Position numbers and translations under genes: made by a program
Notes under the pieces: generated by a model
What the model saw: the letters and a program-made list of their open reading frames with translations, nothing else
The model's database searches: none
Told to the model about the DNA's origin: nothing
Assembly: GCA_002633005.1 (NCBI GenBank)
Contig: NMRA01000229.1
Coordinates: 267,598 to 331,597 of the forward strand
DNA from: Phoronis australis
Taxonomy: Eukaryota > Animalia > Phoronida
Reading direction: 5' to 3'
DNA length: 64,000 bases
In this document: one piece after another, positions 13,140-26,859 of the stretch
How positions within the stretch are numbered: position 1 is the stretch's first letter
Layout of the letters: the number at the start of each line of letters is the position of its first letter

Positions 13140-14246
13140 CCAGGTACTCTGCGATAGCTTGAACCTCAGTCATACTGTAAATCGTTACAGAAACCGTGAA
13201 CAAAGTCCAGGTATAGGCCTACCGCGCACGTGCGTGATTTTACCCTTGCTCATTGGCCCTACTTCTCGAATACGTCTTTATCACGTTTTACTAAGTTTTT
13301 ACACCCACCACAAAATCACTTGTTATTGGCGCAGGTGTCATCTGTTCTTTTTTGTAAAAAGTACTTAGAAATTTACTCAAATAGCCTTTAGCGACAGACG
13401 CCATATTATTCACGAAGGATTGTAAGTTAGCACTCACATCGAGTAGCGGCGCCAACAGGCCGGCGCAGATCACGCACGTGTGGAGATCACGCTAGTAGTA
13501 TTTCAAGCAGCCAGACGTTTATTTTATGATATTGAGAGGAGTTTACACGTAGGATTAGTGCCAGCTTGCCGAGCAGACGACCTGTAAATGTCCTAAGTGC
13601 TGGGTTTGACGGTAGGGTAGAACCGTCAAACACTGTAACCCAGCAAGAGCACGCTCACCATCCGTGGAAAGGCTAATGACACCTGTTATTTCAAAATTTG
13701 TTGTCTTTTTTGATTTTACGTAAATATTACAAGAATAAGGAGAAAAATTATCAGTTATTTCCAAACAGTATTTTGACGTTAATTAAGTTGATGAAACTGC
13801 TGCTTAATTTCTGCTCCGCCGTTGTACACACCCGCGGCTATCAAATCATGATGGCGGAACAACCTGCGTTAGCATTGCAATCAAATACAGTACAACGTGC
13901 AAACCAGTTTAAATGACCACATGATATTAGACCGAGTTTGGCAAAGGAGAGACTAAACCTCAAACTAATACCGAGTTTTGAATGGTATAGGTCGAAACGA
14001 TCGTTCTTTGACCCAGGTGCCAATTCCCAAATCTGAGTGTCATTTCAATGTCGAAAATGACGGAGGTGTTTCTCGCATTATCAATCGAACCTCAACTTGA
14101 ACTCACGAATGCATGGCGACTGGATTGAAATTTTACAGTCGTTGTTTGCAGACATTGCTGTCTACCTCTCCACTGGCAATTCTGGGAAATACCACGTGAC
14201 CCTCTAATGGTGAATTTATAGCCCATATTGCGGTGAGTGAGATCTG

Positions 14247-14647
14247 GGCCCGGTCTCTAATCTTTGTACTCGAAACGAACTCGAAACTATTTTTGGCAAT
14301 TTCTCTGCTCATTTTGTGCGAACTTAAGATAATTGGTTATCAGACTGTGCTCGAATACATTATAGTTTATGCATAGCAGTTTCTAGTTCAAGTTTTCCCT
14401 TGAAGACCCTTATATTCGTACAACAAACTCGAGTAAAAACTCGAAATTTCGAGTTCAAACTCGAACTTATTGCTTTAATATTGGGTTTACAAACAGTGAA
14501 CTAAGGGAAATAAATTATCTACCTAAGTTATTGTGTACTCGAGCATAGAATAATAGACACTTATCTTGAGTTCGCCCAAAAGTAGAGTAGAAAATGACAA
14601 ACCTAATTTCCAGTTCCATTTCGAGTAAAAAGATTGGAGACCGGGCC
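14247..14647. mobile_element. PIF/Harbinger-like MITE (401 bp)
   Basis: About 40-bp imperfect TIRs GGCCCGGTCTCTAATCTTTGTACTCGAAA / TTTCGAGTAAAAAGATTGGAGACCGGGCC. 3-bp CTG duplication at 14244-14246 and 14648-14650. Internal AACTCGA repeats. Confidence 0.85.
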
Positions 14648-15859
14648 CTGGCCTACTTTTGTCTAAGTTGAATTTGTCGATGAGATTGACCTATTTGTAT
14701 TTGTAAATCAAAACTTCACGTGAAACTTCGTAAACTTTTTTCCAGATTCATTTTCAATATTTGAAAGTGAAGAATTCACCAAAATATAAAAGTCAGCAAT
14801 TCAGCATCTCTCTGGTAAATACTGGTTCAGCGGAATTCAGTCTCGTTAGTTTACTGACAGCTGCCGCTACCAGGAGTTGCGACTTTTTAAGGCGAGCGTG
14901 GTGTTTATGCTTGCTCGTTCTTGTCAAAGTTTTTACAAATCACGTTCCCGTAGACACCCGATTTTACTGAAGGCATACGGTCCGTGGACGCTTTATGGAA
15001 TGAAGGTATATTGAGGTATCAGCCCTGTTTTGTTAGTGTAGTACTGCAAAACGTCGAAAGTTTTGCGCACAATAATATCCACAATATTTACCAAAAAGCG
15101 TGTCAGTAGTTGGTTGTTGAAACTGCGTCACTACATCAGTACACATAGAAAGTGCTGAACATGACAACAGACTTTTTGCAACTGTACATGCACGGTGCAT
15201 ATTTTAATAAACTAATTATCTAGAAATAGTGAAAACCCGATGTTAGTTTTATAGCTCACAATGTCTGAACGTTTTCTTGAATTGCCCTTATTCAGAGTGC
15301 ATACATGTAACTGAGGGCGCTGTTATCGGGGACATTTTGCAAATATTTATGACTGACTTATTATTATTGGTTTGCGTTTAGTTCTTGCATTTATTGATTT
15401 ATATCTATAATGTATAATTTGAAATCCCTTCTACGTGTAGGTTTCCATTCTTTGCCCGTTTTCGTATTTTCATACTCCTCCTCCCTCACCCAATCTCTGC
15501 AATTTGCGATCTCTCCTTCCCTTCCTACCATGTACCCGGTACATGTACATGTACCTCCCAGTCTTGGCTGGATAAGTTTTGCATTTACATGTACCTCTTA
15601 GTACCGACATACATGTACACGTAGCTATGTAATTGCACAGCTGCAGTTGGAAATAACGGATTTGACTGAAATTACAAAAAGAGATTTGCATATCTTTGAG
15701 TGTGTGTGCGTGCCTGTGCGTGTGTGATACATGAGTTGTGAATTCTAGTGGCCCAATTCAGTGAGTCGCTACATTTTTTGTGATATTCATTATTAGTGTT
15801 GAAGTGTGAAATAAATAGTATCGACAAGAAGTTAGAAATGATATAGGCAAATGTTCAAC

Positions 15860-16170
15860 TTCGGAACATGGTATCTCAGAAACATCACATCACTAACTCC
15901 ACCACCTGAAGCCAATCCAACACGATTTTACTCACTTACATGTAAGAAACGTCTGATCAAAGAATCGCCAAATATTGCTCCTCTGAAAAAAGATGACGTC
16001 CTATACACTGACCGAGAAACAAAATCAGAAATATTTGTATTAAATGCACACCTTTCCTCTGTCAATCAATGGTATAGATACACCCAAGAAGGGCACAAGC
16101 CAACATAATTCTATGCCGTGTATAATTTTCTTCAGTCATGACGGTACATGCAAAATCTTCGCCAGCTTAC
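15860..16170 (+). mobile_element. Short CR1-like LINE ORF2 fragment
   Basis: 'NPTRFYS...NIAPLKKDDVLYTD..KSEI..LNAHLSSV' resembles the region between endonuclease and RT in CR1-group elements. Confidence 0.55.
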
Positions 16171-16262
16171 GGAGCAAACGAGGNGGAATTGATGTTTAGG
16201 CTTGACTTTGGGTATGTTGATGACAATGCCCTCAAACAATCAAGTCCAGTAACGGTTATGTC

Positions 16263-16889
16263 CATAGGCGGATTTAGGGGGGGGGGGCAGGGGTAAGATG
16301 TGAATTTTAATCGAAGCCTTAGTGAATCACTCAGAAACTCATAATTCTCTCTTTGTCAAACCTTAACCTAAGACGATTTCCAAAGTAATCCCGCCATTAT
16401 TGCTAACAAGAAAAGCGGATTTGGTCTTTTGGGCATTTGAAGACTATTTTAAATACAACAACTTTGTTACCAACCGAGTGCACAAAATATAAAACGTGTA
16501 ATAAGCACTACAAAATGAAGTAGGTTTCGCGCGCAAACGCTGTGGACCATAAACAAGCCTACATGTACATACAAGTAGGTCTCTTCGTATTCGATTAGGA
16601 GTTAAATCGTGTGGGTGTAGTGGTAAAGCACGCGCGCTTTATCCGCCAAGTCGAGTTCGAGTCTGTGGTATGTGCAGTTTTTCCTGTTTGACACGTTCTC
16701 CTTTTTTGCCTTTTTTCGTGGATAATACTTCTGGAATCAAGGAAAATGCTTGATTTTTAGAGGAAAAAACAGAAAAATTTCTTGGACCTCCCCTCATTCC
16801 TTGCTATGCGCATCTACAATCGTGGTTTGCGCAAATGCATACAGAAAAAATGTTGGGCCCCCCTTTGTGATATCCTAGATCCGCCACTG
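16263..16889. mobile_element. Non-autonomous DNA transposon (hAT-like termini); shorter copy at 45432-45653
   Basis: Ends CATAGGCGGATTTAGGGGG and CCTAGATCCGCCACTG. 16292-16365 and 16733-16888 match 45432-45653 closely. No clean TSD seen. Confidence 0.7.
16607..16682 (+). repeat. Degenerate tRNA-derived (SINE-head-like) sequence inside the repeat
   Basis: A-box-like GGTGTAGTGGTAA and B-box-like GAGTTCGAGTC about 35 nt apart, followed by a T tract. No convincing cloverleaf. Confidence 0.4.
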
Positions 16890-18912
16890 AATACTTTGCA
16901 CTTATGAATTGAAAGCAATTGTGTACGTGGCTTTTTTATCGCGTCATGGGTCATGTCATTTCTATTATTTTTATTTTTAATAGATGTACAGGTATTGAAA
17001 ACACGAAAGCAATGGGCAACAGACAAATGACACACGTACACGCACGAGCAAACATACATCACATCCGCGAGCGCGTATTTCGAGAACTGACAACAAAATA
17101 TGGATTATATTGGCTTCAAGTCCCACTTGACACACCAGCGACATTTTTCTTTAAAGAAACCAATTTGGTCCACCTTCTAAACTATTGTAATCACAAAACA
17201 TTTACAATTTCCCCACGGATTGTTATCCTTTCTTCCTGGAAGTGGTCGAATACAGCACGTGTAATTAGAATAGACAATAAGCAGGCCGAACTGCCCAACA
17301 TCAAACCATACCACGGGACTGTCTATTACGAGTCGAGGGTATAAGATACTATGAAGGGAAAACAGACCTTTACAAAATCCAAATTCCATCATACACTTCT
17401 TCCGACAACTAACATAGTAAGTTCAACAATCAAAGACTACCTTCAGTATATAAAATGTATTTACATATACCCATACACACAGTACAGTCTTCAGACGACC
17501 TAGGTAATGGAAAAATACGCATAAGGTTAACACAGATGGAAACATGGAATGTGCTGGCAAATTTCAGAAAAAAACAGGAGCATATCAATACATTACAAAT
17601 AGTAAATAACACAATAACTTTTCAGCAAAATACGAGTGGATGGTAACATTTTATAGATGAAAAATCCATGCATTCAATAACTAAGACGACTAACATTGTT
17701 ATGCATTGCATGGTGTAAACTGCTGAATAACCTGTCAGTGTTGAACTCGTCACCATAGGTATTTCATGGCCTCCACCACGTCACTAATTCTAAATTTTGC
17801 GGCTGGCGTAGGAATGAGTTCGTGACAGCTGACAATTAAATAAATTTGGAAATGAACAAGAGTAAGATTAAAATAAAAGACCTGTGGTGAGGAAAGATAG
17901 ACAATACATACCACACAGTTCATTAACAAAAGGAGAAGTCCTACAACAAGATTCCATCAATGGCTAGAAGACTAAGGTAACAAAACTAATTTTCTTGTGG
18001 AAATCATTGAAACTATCTTTAAAACAAAATGAAAGCCTACACAATTTGAATGACATCTTTAGTACAAGATAAAAGTATTCAGACAAAATTATTTGAAATT
18101 CCCGACACCACGACATGGCGCAAGCAGAACTCAACGTCAGAGTAATCTTACTCTTGACAGAGAATGAAAGGGTAAGTTCGTAAAGAGGCAAAAGACATTT
18201 TGTAATTAGAATTTTGCCTCCCATAATAGTTACTACCAGTCACTTTTTGCTGTTAATAGAGTTACCAGTCAGGGCGAGAAAACGGATAATTTTGTCTGAA
18301 TATTTTGTCTCATACTGTACATTTACCTACATTGTTTGGAACTTTCACATATAAGTATTCAAGACTTCATCAACCCTATACAACACGTTTCACCAGAAGT
18401 AAGTTCCATTGTAAGAAGACACTGTACATACTTGAAGAAAATGATGGTAAACATATGACTTTCAAGTCCCTAAATTTTACTGACATGCTTAAAAAAATGT
18501 CAGTTTTACAACTTGTATGCTATATAAATGCTTTAACTGACTGCTCTATCTGGTTACATGATAAACAGACAGCGAAGACACACACTTTCCATGTTTCACG
18601 ATGTAGGACATGTTTTTAAAATTCAGGGTATGAAATTACATTTCAGATGTCTTTAGGAACAAATACATGTGCACAAATGTATGACAATATAAAGACCTTA
18701 AGCACCACTATAGCTCTTTACAAAGTGTAGCGTCAAAAAGATACCTCTGTACTAAATTAACAAGTGTGCAGATCTCCCTAAGCAAGTCATTGGCCTTGAT
18801 GTTATTTAAAACATTATTTGATGGGATATGTGCTTTTCATAACAAATCTACAGGAGTGGAATATGTACCAAGCGCCATCTATACACAAGTTCTGTACTAA
18901 CACCTGACTTGC

Positions 18913-18993
18913 TCAGTGAAGTAACCAGATCAAAACTACCACAACTGAGGCAAAGACAGTCAGTATGCTGCTTTTAGTAACCGTGGACCCCAT
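18913..18993 (-). CDS. bou: Boudin-like Ly6 gene A, exon 4 (GPI-anchor signal, stop)
   Basis: TTGCAG acceptor. MGSTVTKSSILTVFASVVVVLIWLLH*. Spliced CDS is 429 nt = 142 aa. Confidence 0.85.
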   Translation of the reverse strand: MGSTVTKSSILTVFASVVVVLIWLLH

Positions 18994-20565
18994 CTGCAAA
19001 ACAAGGAAATGATGGTTTAGTGATTGTACAGAACAAAAACATTCTAAACAGTCATTTCCAAAAGCCACTTTTATGAGGTGATGTACTGAGAGTCAATGGT
19101 CTTTTTAGCTCCATCAAATTAGAGCACAACTTTGGCGGAACAGTAAAATTTTACCTATGTAAAATGTCAACAAGTGTAAACATAAGAAGACAAGTCTACT
19201 TTCATCATTTGAAAACATTACATAATACAGCTGTCACCAATCAAATAACAATGAAATTTTGAACATTTTGGCATTGTACAGCGAGCATTTTAATTAACGA
19301 TTTTGGACGTTAGTTTTGGTTGAATTTCAGGAAAATTTACCATACAACCAAGCGTTGACACATTTCGGTCGGTCATTTCTCTGGATATGTCCATACAACA
19401 GGGCTCTTGGAAAAATGATCACAGGTATCTGACACTTGGGAGCACTTGGATTATATTTTCCTGGTAAAAATTCGTTGATAACACAACTAAACTTTTTCTT
19501 TGCTACACAACTGCACACCTGAAGAAAGGAGATAGTTTCGACACTGCGAGCAATTGTGTATCAAGCTTTCAAACAAAAAGCTTAGTAGTGTTTTCAACGA
19601 AGTTTGTGTTAACGAATGACTGCTACCGAACTATCGTGGTAAAATCTGAAGATGGCCTGAGAAATGACAGACTGAAACATCACACTAACATAAATAGGCT
19701 AAAAGCTGGTCTAAATAGGCCAATAAATTTTAGAAATATTATGGACCATGACAGCAGACTTTTTATATTGGCTAGTGGTCAGAATGAAAGCCAACATTGA
19801 CCAGAGTCGTAGGAATTAGAGGTGGTTGGTTTGAGGTCAAGGGGCATCGGGAATAAGTACAGCATTTGACATATCAGTCATCGTACAAACAGATATTCCC
19901 ACAACAGCAGACAAACGTGGAGGAAACTGGGTTTACTATCCATTTAAATCACACCAGTGTTGAATATCGGTCCATAGCAAGGGGTCAGCCTCACACATGT
20001 GAAGGTTTGAGATGCATCATGGATGAAGACACATGCGAAGGTTTTCCAGACTGGGTGAGAACAAAGTAGGGTGTGAAGGTGAATTACTCAGCTGACAGTG
20101 GCCGAGGGTGTAATGTGCCAAAACGTCACTTGTATATACAATATGAAATCTTTGAAAATAAAATTCTAGGAAAAATTTAAAAGTCTTGATTTTTGACGAT
20201 GATTTCTGTGACTACGGAATCCTGGACATGCTTTTGAAGTCATCAGAAGATAAAAGAGTTTCCAAGTTTCACTGACGATATCATGTCAGGGAAGGTTGTT
20301 ATGGCAATCTCAGTAAAAACCAGGATCACGTAAGTACATCAACACTTTTTGCATATGCCAGTGCACATCCCACATAATAGTGATCTTCACAGGTTTGAAA
20401 AAATGGATTAGCAGTCTGAGATTTTACCTCACATGTAGTATAGAAATCAACCTTGTGTGTGAGACTGATGCTGATGAGAGTTTAAATGTTCAAAAATCTT
20501 ATCCTATTTAACTAAGGCAGCAGTTACTTTATCACCCAAATGAACTTACAATTTTTAATACTAAC

Positions 20566-20744
20566 CGTGACATAATAGTTGCACAAGTCCCCTGTGCAGC
20601 ATTCTATACACATCCAATCGTTGTACCAATCCCGTTTGCACTTTGTACGCAGTTGGTTTCGGAGGTCACGACAGTCGTTTCCCGTTGAGCACTCTTTGGT
20701 GATACGATACATGCGCTCACCGTGCTTCGTCCAGTACGGTGGAA
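20566..20744 (-). CDS. bou: Boudin-like Ly6 gene A, exon 3 (LU domain C-half)
   Basis: TTATAG acceptor, GTTAGT donor. PPYWTKHGERMYRITKEC...CKRDWYNDWMCIECCTGDLCNYYVT, with the CCxxxxCN terminus and the PYW / WYxDWxC signature I recall from boudin. Confidence 0.92.
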
Positions 20745-22147
20745 CTATAACAAGAACACTTGTTTAGGGATGACGCAGACCACAGGTTTTCAGATTCAGT
20801 TGAATTTTTAGCTCACGCTTTTGTTTTGCCAAGTGCACTTCTCTAATAAAAGAGAGACAAATTACAAGCCTTTTGAGAACACTATTGTGCCCTTATGGCA
20901 CAAGAACAAAATAGACATCCTTGTAAGCTGCACATTTATGGTAGACATACTTTTTCTACGTGATATGATATTTAGTGCAACTCTGTATTCTGCAATAAGC
21001 TCCAAGTCAAGTAAACAGTTATTTCAAGTTGGTTTTTTAAAAATGGTAAACAAAATGCACTCATACATTGTCATTTCACTGATGTACAGATTCTGTAGTT
21101 GAAGGTGTGCAAAATTGACTGAGTAACCAAACATTGCCAGCTACTAGTATAGTGTGTGAATTTAACGAAATGCACCATACGGGTTGCAATATGATATCAT
21201 ATAACAGTAATTAAGTTACTTCATGTTGTTCCAATATAAGAGTACTTTACCCCACCAGTGGCGTAAAACTCTTTTCAGCATGTGACTGTGATACAACACC
21301 ACTTGTGTCATGGTGCTAAGCGTCATCTAGCGGATCAAAAAATGTTACAAACTTCTGGCAATGAGCCATGTGTGAAATAAATGAGGGGCAAAATGTAACG
21401 TGCTATTTTTCACAATAACTCAAGGTGTGCAAAATGAGGTGAGCATGGTAAGTAAGTGGACATTTATCATACATTTTTATGGTACAATTTTTACAGAGGC
21501 TATGAATTTTAAGTATACTATATAAGCCCACATTTCAAAGAAGATGCAAACTCTCAGGTACAAAATTGGTCTAATTTGCTCCTTGTTGAAATATATGGGT
21601 CTGCAAACAACGGACAGTTTGTTATTCCTTGAGATCACAATCTACGCACAAACTGATTGTGACCAGCCAACTTTTATTTGCCGACCAGAAATCTCCTTTT
21701 GCATACCATCTGATGTATTGATATTTGTTCATCACTAAACGTGTTCAGAACATTTTCTGCCTTGGTTCACCTCGTTTAAATCTAAAAATGATGAGAACCG
21801 TGAATTTATAATGACTTACACCTGGAATGTTGCAAAGATGAACAAGAAAATTGGTTAATTAACAGATAATCAGAAATCTTTTTTTTTTCTGGATTGAAGT
21901 GCCATTTAGGCCTGCCTATAGTGTGTGTTCTACTGAAGCTTGCATGAAACATTTAGTGAAACTGACTTGCATGTCATCCATTTAGCCACACAGGAATTTC
22001 CTTTTTGGGGGGCACCAGACCATGCTTTTTTAATTCTACGAGTACTTACTTAAAAACATCCTTAACGTTTTCTTTCAAAGCTACTTAAATAATTGGTGAA
22101 GTTTTGATAAGGGTTTATCTTCCTGCTTTGCAAAATGTTTTTGTTAC

Positions 22148-22187
22148 CATGGTTTTCAGACTGTCACCATGGTTTTCAGACTGTCAT
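22148..22187. repeat. Short tandem duplication (2 x about 20 bp)
   Basis: CATGGTTTTCAGACTGTCA occurs twice back to back in an intron of gene A. Confidence 0.8.
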
Positions 22188-22671
22188 ACTGTTGCCGACA
22201 CTGGTAGCACAAAGTGAAAATAATCTATAATCTTGTTCAATCAAAATGATTCACATTTAGTACATAGTTTGCAGTTAAACTAAAGCTGGCAAAAGAAAAA
22301 AGAAATGTTTTAAAGTAGACAGTTTTTCCATAGTACATAGTTCAAGATATTAAACATGATTCAAAGCTTTTCAAACATTGCTCAAAATTTTTAAATAATG
22401 GTGCAAAACTATGTTTAAATACATAGTAGCACATAGGGGTCACTTTTACAGGTTAGACACAATTTGCACGCAAAAGAAATTTAAACCTTCTTAGACTCTT
22501 GTACTAGTAGCACCCATTGGCTGCTGAACATATATACAACATAGCTACCATCAGACAGCGATCTCAGTCACAAACTCTCCACGGATTTCACAGCAATTAG
22601 AAAAAAATTAAAAACTATCGATTTTGTCAATCATTTTATCCTAAAACGATGACACATTTTGTAGTACTTAC

Positions 22672-22791
22672 TTTTCCACTCAATCAGTGATAGACATGAG
22701 TCTTGATTGGGTTCACAGGTGTACGTGGTTGTAACGCACTTGCCTTTGTTGTCCGCTTGATTGATACATTTGAAGCACTCAAGTGCATTGA
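22672..22791 (-). CDS. bou: Boudin-like Ly6 gene A, exon 2 (LU domain N-half)
   Basis: TTTCAG acceptor, GTAAGT donor. NALECFKCINQADNKGKCVTTTYTCEPNQDSCLSLIEWK. Confidence 0.92.
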
Positions 22792-25045
22792 CTGAAATAT
22801 TTAGAGAAATTGCATTACTTTCTAGAAAGAAAGTCATGATCAAACAGACAAGGGACCCGTTCCAAACCATATGGTACAAGAGCAATGCGGAGCGTTGAAA
22901 TGCACCCACGAATGCACCGCAAATGGTGTGCTTCTAGAGTGGTTTATTTGTATCATAAAAATGGCCATAAGATGGCACAAAATAGGTGGAATCCATTTGA
23001 AAATGGGAACATGCCATCATTTCGTAAATAGAAAGCTATTTACCAAATTTCATAAAAATCTGTCAAGAAACTTCAGAGAAACAAAGGAAAACGGAAAAAA
23101 ATGAAATGCTACTAGGGGGCACATTGCTCGTCGGATCAGTCTGAAAGTCACCGTTGTCTGTTGCAAACTTCTTAAAGTTTACTAAATATAATAAAGATCC
23201 TGCAGTGGGTTTAGGTGATACAGCAAGGAGCAAAAAACAAAACTGCCACTAGGAAGCGCTACAGTAGTCTAAGTCGTCATCGTCAACTGTTCTCTTCACA
23301 CACTGAGAAAATATACGGCAATTTTTAAAACCATCCTTTGAATGGTTTGGTTGAAAGAGGGGCAGACGCCAGAAAACAGACTCGAAAATTGCAAAAAAGC
23401 CCACTACTGGGTGGCGCAAAATACCCCAATCCACCGGAAAAGGAGAGGATAGCGTCATCTCAATAGATGCCTATATTCCAAATTTTATGAAAATCCGGTG
23501 AGGACTTTTGAAGATACAGAAGTAAATGTAAAAAACTAAAATTGCCACTAGGGAGCACACCAGTGGTAATATCCATGCAAAAGTTTTGCTCATGCCATCC
23601 CATTCATGAAAGAAATGCATGTTCAAAATTTCATGAACATACGTCAAACTGTTTTGGAGATAGAGCTGCGGATGCTGGACGAACAGACAGGAATGATGGC
23701 ATAATGCATTCAACTATAAACATGTGGGCGCATAGTAATAGCAACTAAAAGCTAGTATGATCATGCCATCTTGCATACACTAGCCAATCTCGTAAGAAAC
23801 TAAAGAGACTGAAACGCAGCCCAAAAAAATTTCAATGCTGAACAGAGATTCCTAGAGATTTGTGGTCCCACTCTAGCAGCTTTGGTCCAAAAACCAAATA
23901 TGGTTTAAAAATTCAGTGTTTGCCAGGGTCATACCACCAACAAGAGAACCAGTTTTCATTGAATAAAGACAATGTCCATTATTCAGTGAAACTGGTTCCC
24001 GGTATTGAAATGGGACACGTGTACTCTAAAATGTACATAAATTAATTTAAAAGTAATTCCAGTAGAGTTTGAATTTTGTGTTTTGGAGAACACTGCTCTT
24101 TTCTTTGGAGTTTACACAGGAGCTGTCACTTCAAGGCCGCAACTTCGCTAACATCGTAGCCAGTAAACACTGTCTCTAGCTGAACTATGCACCGCCGGTG
24201 CTTTTCAGCGAATTTATGCCTCACACTCATAAAAAAATCAAAGTTACATTGTCATCAGTACTTTTTGCTATGCAGGGACACCTGCATTTTAAACAGCCAT
24301 AATCAAACTTTTTCTTCGTGCAGCCCTTTGTTCAGTTGCCCAAATCGGCAATTGGCCATTTTTAGCACTTCGCGGCAAAACAAGTACATCATATTCCCTG
24401 GCATGCACTGCTTAAAAACGGCCAGTTTCCGATTTTGGGAACTGACTGAAGGACAGCTCGGAGAAAAAGTTTGATAACAATTAACAAGAGTATTTGTTTC
24501 AGTTGGAAGAAATTAAAGACAACAGTGGCCTCCTAAGGACCTAAGTTGTCCCTCTGACTCTGTGTGCAAAAGGGAGGCCTGTAAACTAATTATAACTTAC
24601 AACACCATGGCTTTGATGTTTTAATCAGTACGAGCCATAATTCGCCGATAAAACTGCGTAGCTCCTTTAGAAGTTTCTTACTAACTGGTCACTGTCTACT
24701 AAACGAAGCTTCGGAGTCATTTGGGAAGACCGGCATCAAGAATGTTTTGTAAATTGGAAATAAGTTTGTTGTTCTTTAGGGACCTCTTGCACGTGCTCGT
24801 GTCAGATCAGTTTAATTAAAGTTATCCATGACACGCAGTCCAAGTCCCCAGGCCGTGTATTTTACAGGACATCCGTGAATTGACTGAGAACCTGACCGAC
24901 ACCAAAAAACTAGGTCAAACTTAAAATGGCGATAACCGTTGTTTACAATTGCACACCTGGTACAGGTGTAAAGAATGGAAAGTAGAAAACTTCATTATGA
25001 ACCTAACACAACACGAACAGTTTGTAACGCAGTGCAGGATCTTAC

Positions 25046-25094
25046 CAGTGGCTAAAATACAAGTAAAACTCCAAACAGCAAGAATCTCCCTCAT
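25046..25094 (-). CDS. bou: Boudin-like Ly6 gene A, coding exon 1 of 4 (signal peptide)
   Basis: ATG..MREILAVWSFTCILAT, then phase-1 donor G|GTAAGA. Splices in frame to give ...LATVNA|LECFKC. Confidence 0.8.
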
Positions 25095-26859
25095 TTCGCA
25101 GTACGACCCACTACATCGGTGACTCAGTTGTTCAGTCAGGTCAATGTGGATTGATAATTTTATCACAATCATAACATTTTCAAGGGAAATGCGCAGGGTC
25201 GCATATATTTGAGAATATATATTTATGTTCACGCAAAATCTTCATGAATGCTATTCTAATTCAAAATCGCGCAAATCTGCAAATCGAGACTCAAATGTGT
25301 ACGGATGGACGAGCTTAACTGTTTCTTTGGAAGGGGTGGATAGCACCTGAATACCAGCGTCGTCGTGAGTCGTCGTCCAGCCCGCCAGGTTGCCTCCACC
25401 TGAGAATGTTTTCGGTCATCGTCACCCCTCGTCCAACGGTTTGTATCATAATATATCGTCTAAGTTACGTTTTCTTATGAAAAAGATAGATTTGATTCAA
25501 GTGTTTCGCACATGGGCGCTGGCAAGTGTCGTCAAAAAAGCAGAGCTTGGTGAACTACAGATCGAGGGTCGAGATCGAGCAAACTATAGGGGCAGAGAGA
25601 GTGACGGTTTTAGCTTACGGCGAGTCACCTTGTCCGTTTGTAAAACTTGTACTGATACACCAAACAAAAACTCGTCATAGTTGAACCAAAACTCCACTCT
25701 GTTTCACATCTCCGAGTCCCCGGCCATCAAGGGAGGGGACGGAACTTGATACTGACTCATGATCGGCGATAACTGTGACAACGTGGCCGTAACTAACTTT
25801 CACAGAACACGTTCCTCAGGCGGCCTATTCCATTCTTCCCGATTATGCGAGACCCATTTTGAATTGCAGTCTGCCCGGCAGTGTGCACTTTGCACTGAAC
25901 TATAGGTATAGGAGTAGGCTAGCTCTTGATAGGACTATCCCTACTCAGGGAAATTCTGAAACAGGGGACCTTGTGGTGACATTTCACAAACATTAGCGTC
26001 GACCCTGGGCTTTTTCGGGTTAGCAGTGGAACGATGCAATAAGTTTTCAATACATTATTGTCAAAAGGGAAACGCAAAAGACAAACTCACAGAAAAGACG
26101 TTAAACCCGCTTAGGTTCTACTACATGTATACCTCCATATAGATACTTATTCGCATAAACGTGAAAGCGTCGTGCCGCGGCGCCATGATGTCGCCCCAAA
26201 GCGATTACGGCAGATATAAAAAGAGGGTCTTTTCCACAGATTCGGAATCTTTGATTTTAAATACTTCATTCAGAAAATGTCCTCTCTTGGCCTGCTCATA
26301 AACTGAAAGTAAATAACCGTACTTTTTCCCGGCGAGGTGCTTCTCGTTTTCCTGTCATTAGCGCGAACACTGGATTTGGGCAATGCCCTAATTAAGCAAT
26401 AATAAATGTCCATAACTTGAATCTAAGAGTCCGTTCGCATGTGATTGCCTGGACGCCAACGTTTGGGTACCGCGGCATTTATTGCCTTAGTTGCTTGAAT
26501 CATACATGTACAGTGTATCCTTCATTGCTCAGCAGTTGACTGAGTGTCGACAACGAGCGTACGTACTCCAAGGGGCCCATAATGTATCCAACTACGCGAG
26601 TCGCCGTTTTCCACGCAACTGCAGTACCTTGCAGAAGGGGGGCAAGGCGGAAAGACGTCAGCGGTCATCCACATGGGGGCATCCAATCGATAAGTAAATT
26701 TTAGCTCGAAATGGTGACTCAAACTGTAGATCAATTGAGTAAAATTTCTAATCCTTGTTTCAGTTTTTACTTTTCTTAGTACAAGCTTAGGGTGCGTTCA
26801 TTTGAGAAGCCTATCCAATAAAAAAAACTCAGGCATCAGCTAACTTCTGCACACTACTG

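Noticed and set aside
16184-16184. Single ambiguous base (n)
   Set aside because: Sequencing ambiguity with no biological meaning.
16607-16682. tRNA gene
   Set aside because: Only A/B-box-like motifs. Stems do not pair into a cloverleaf and it lies inside a repeat.
22631-22909. Hydrophobic ORF start upstream of 22791 as the Ly6 A signal peptide
   Set aside because: A clear acceptor at 22792 and the parallel exon structure of gene B indicate intron read-through.
24957-25003. Alternative first exon for Ly6 gene A
   Set aside because: Weak donor and no signal peptide. 25046-25094 fits phase and hydrophobicity.
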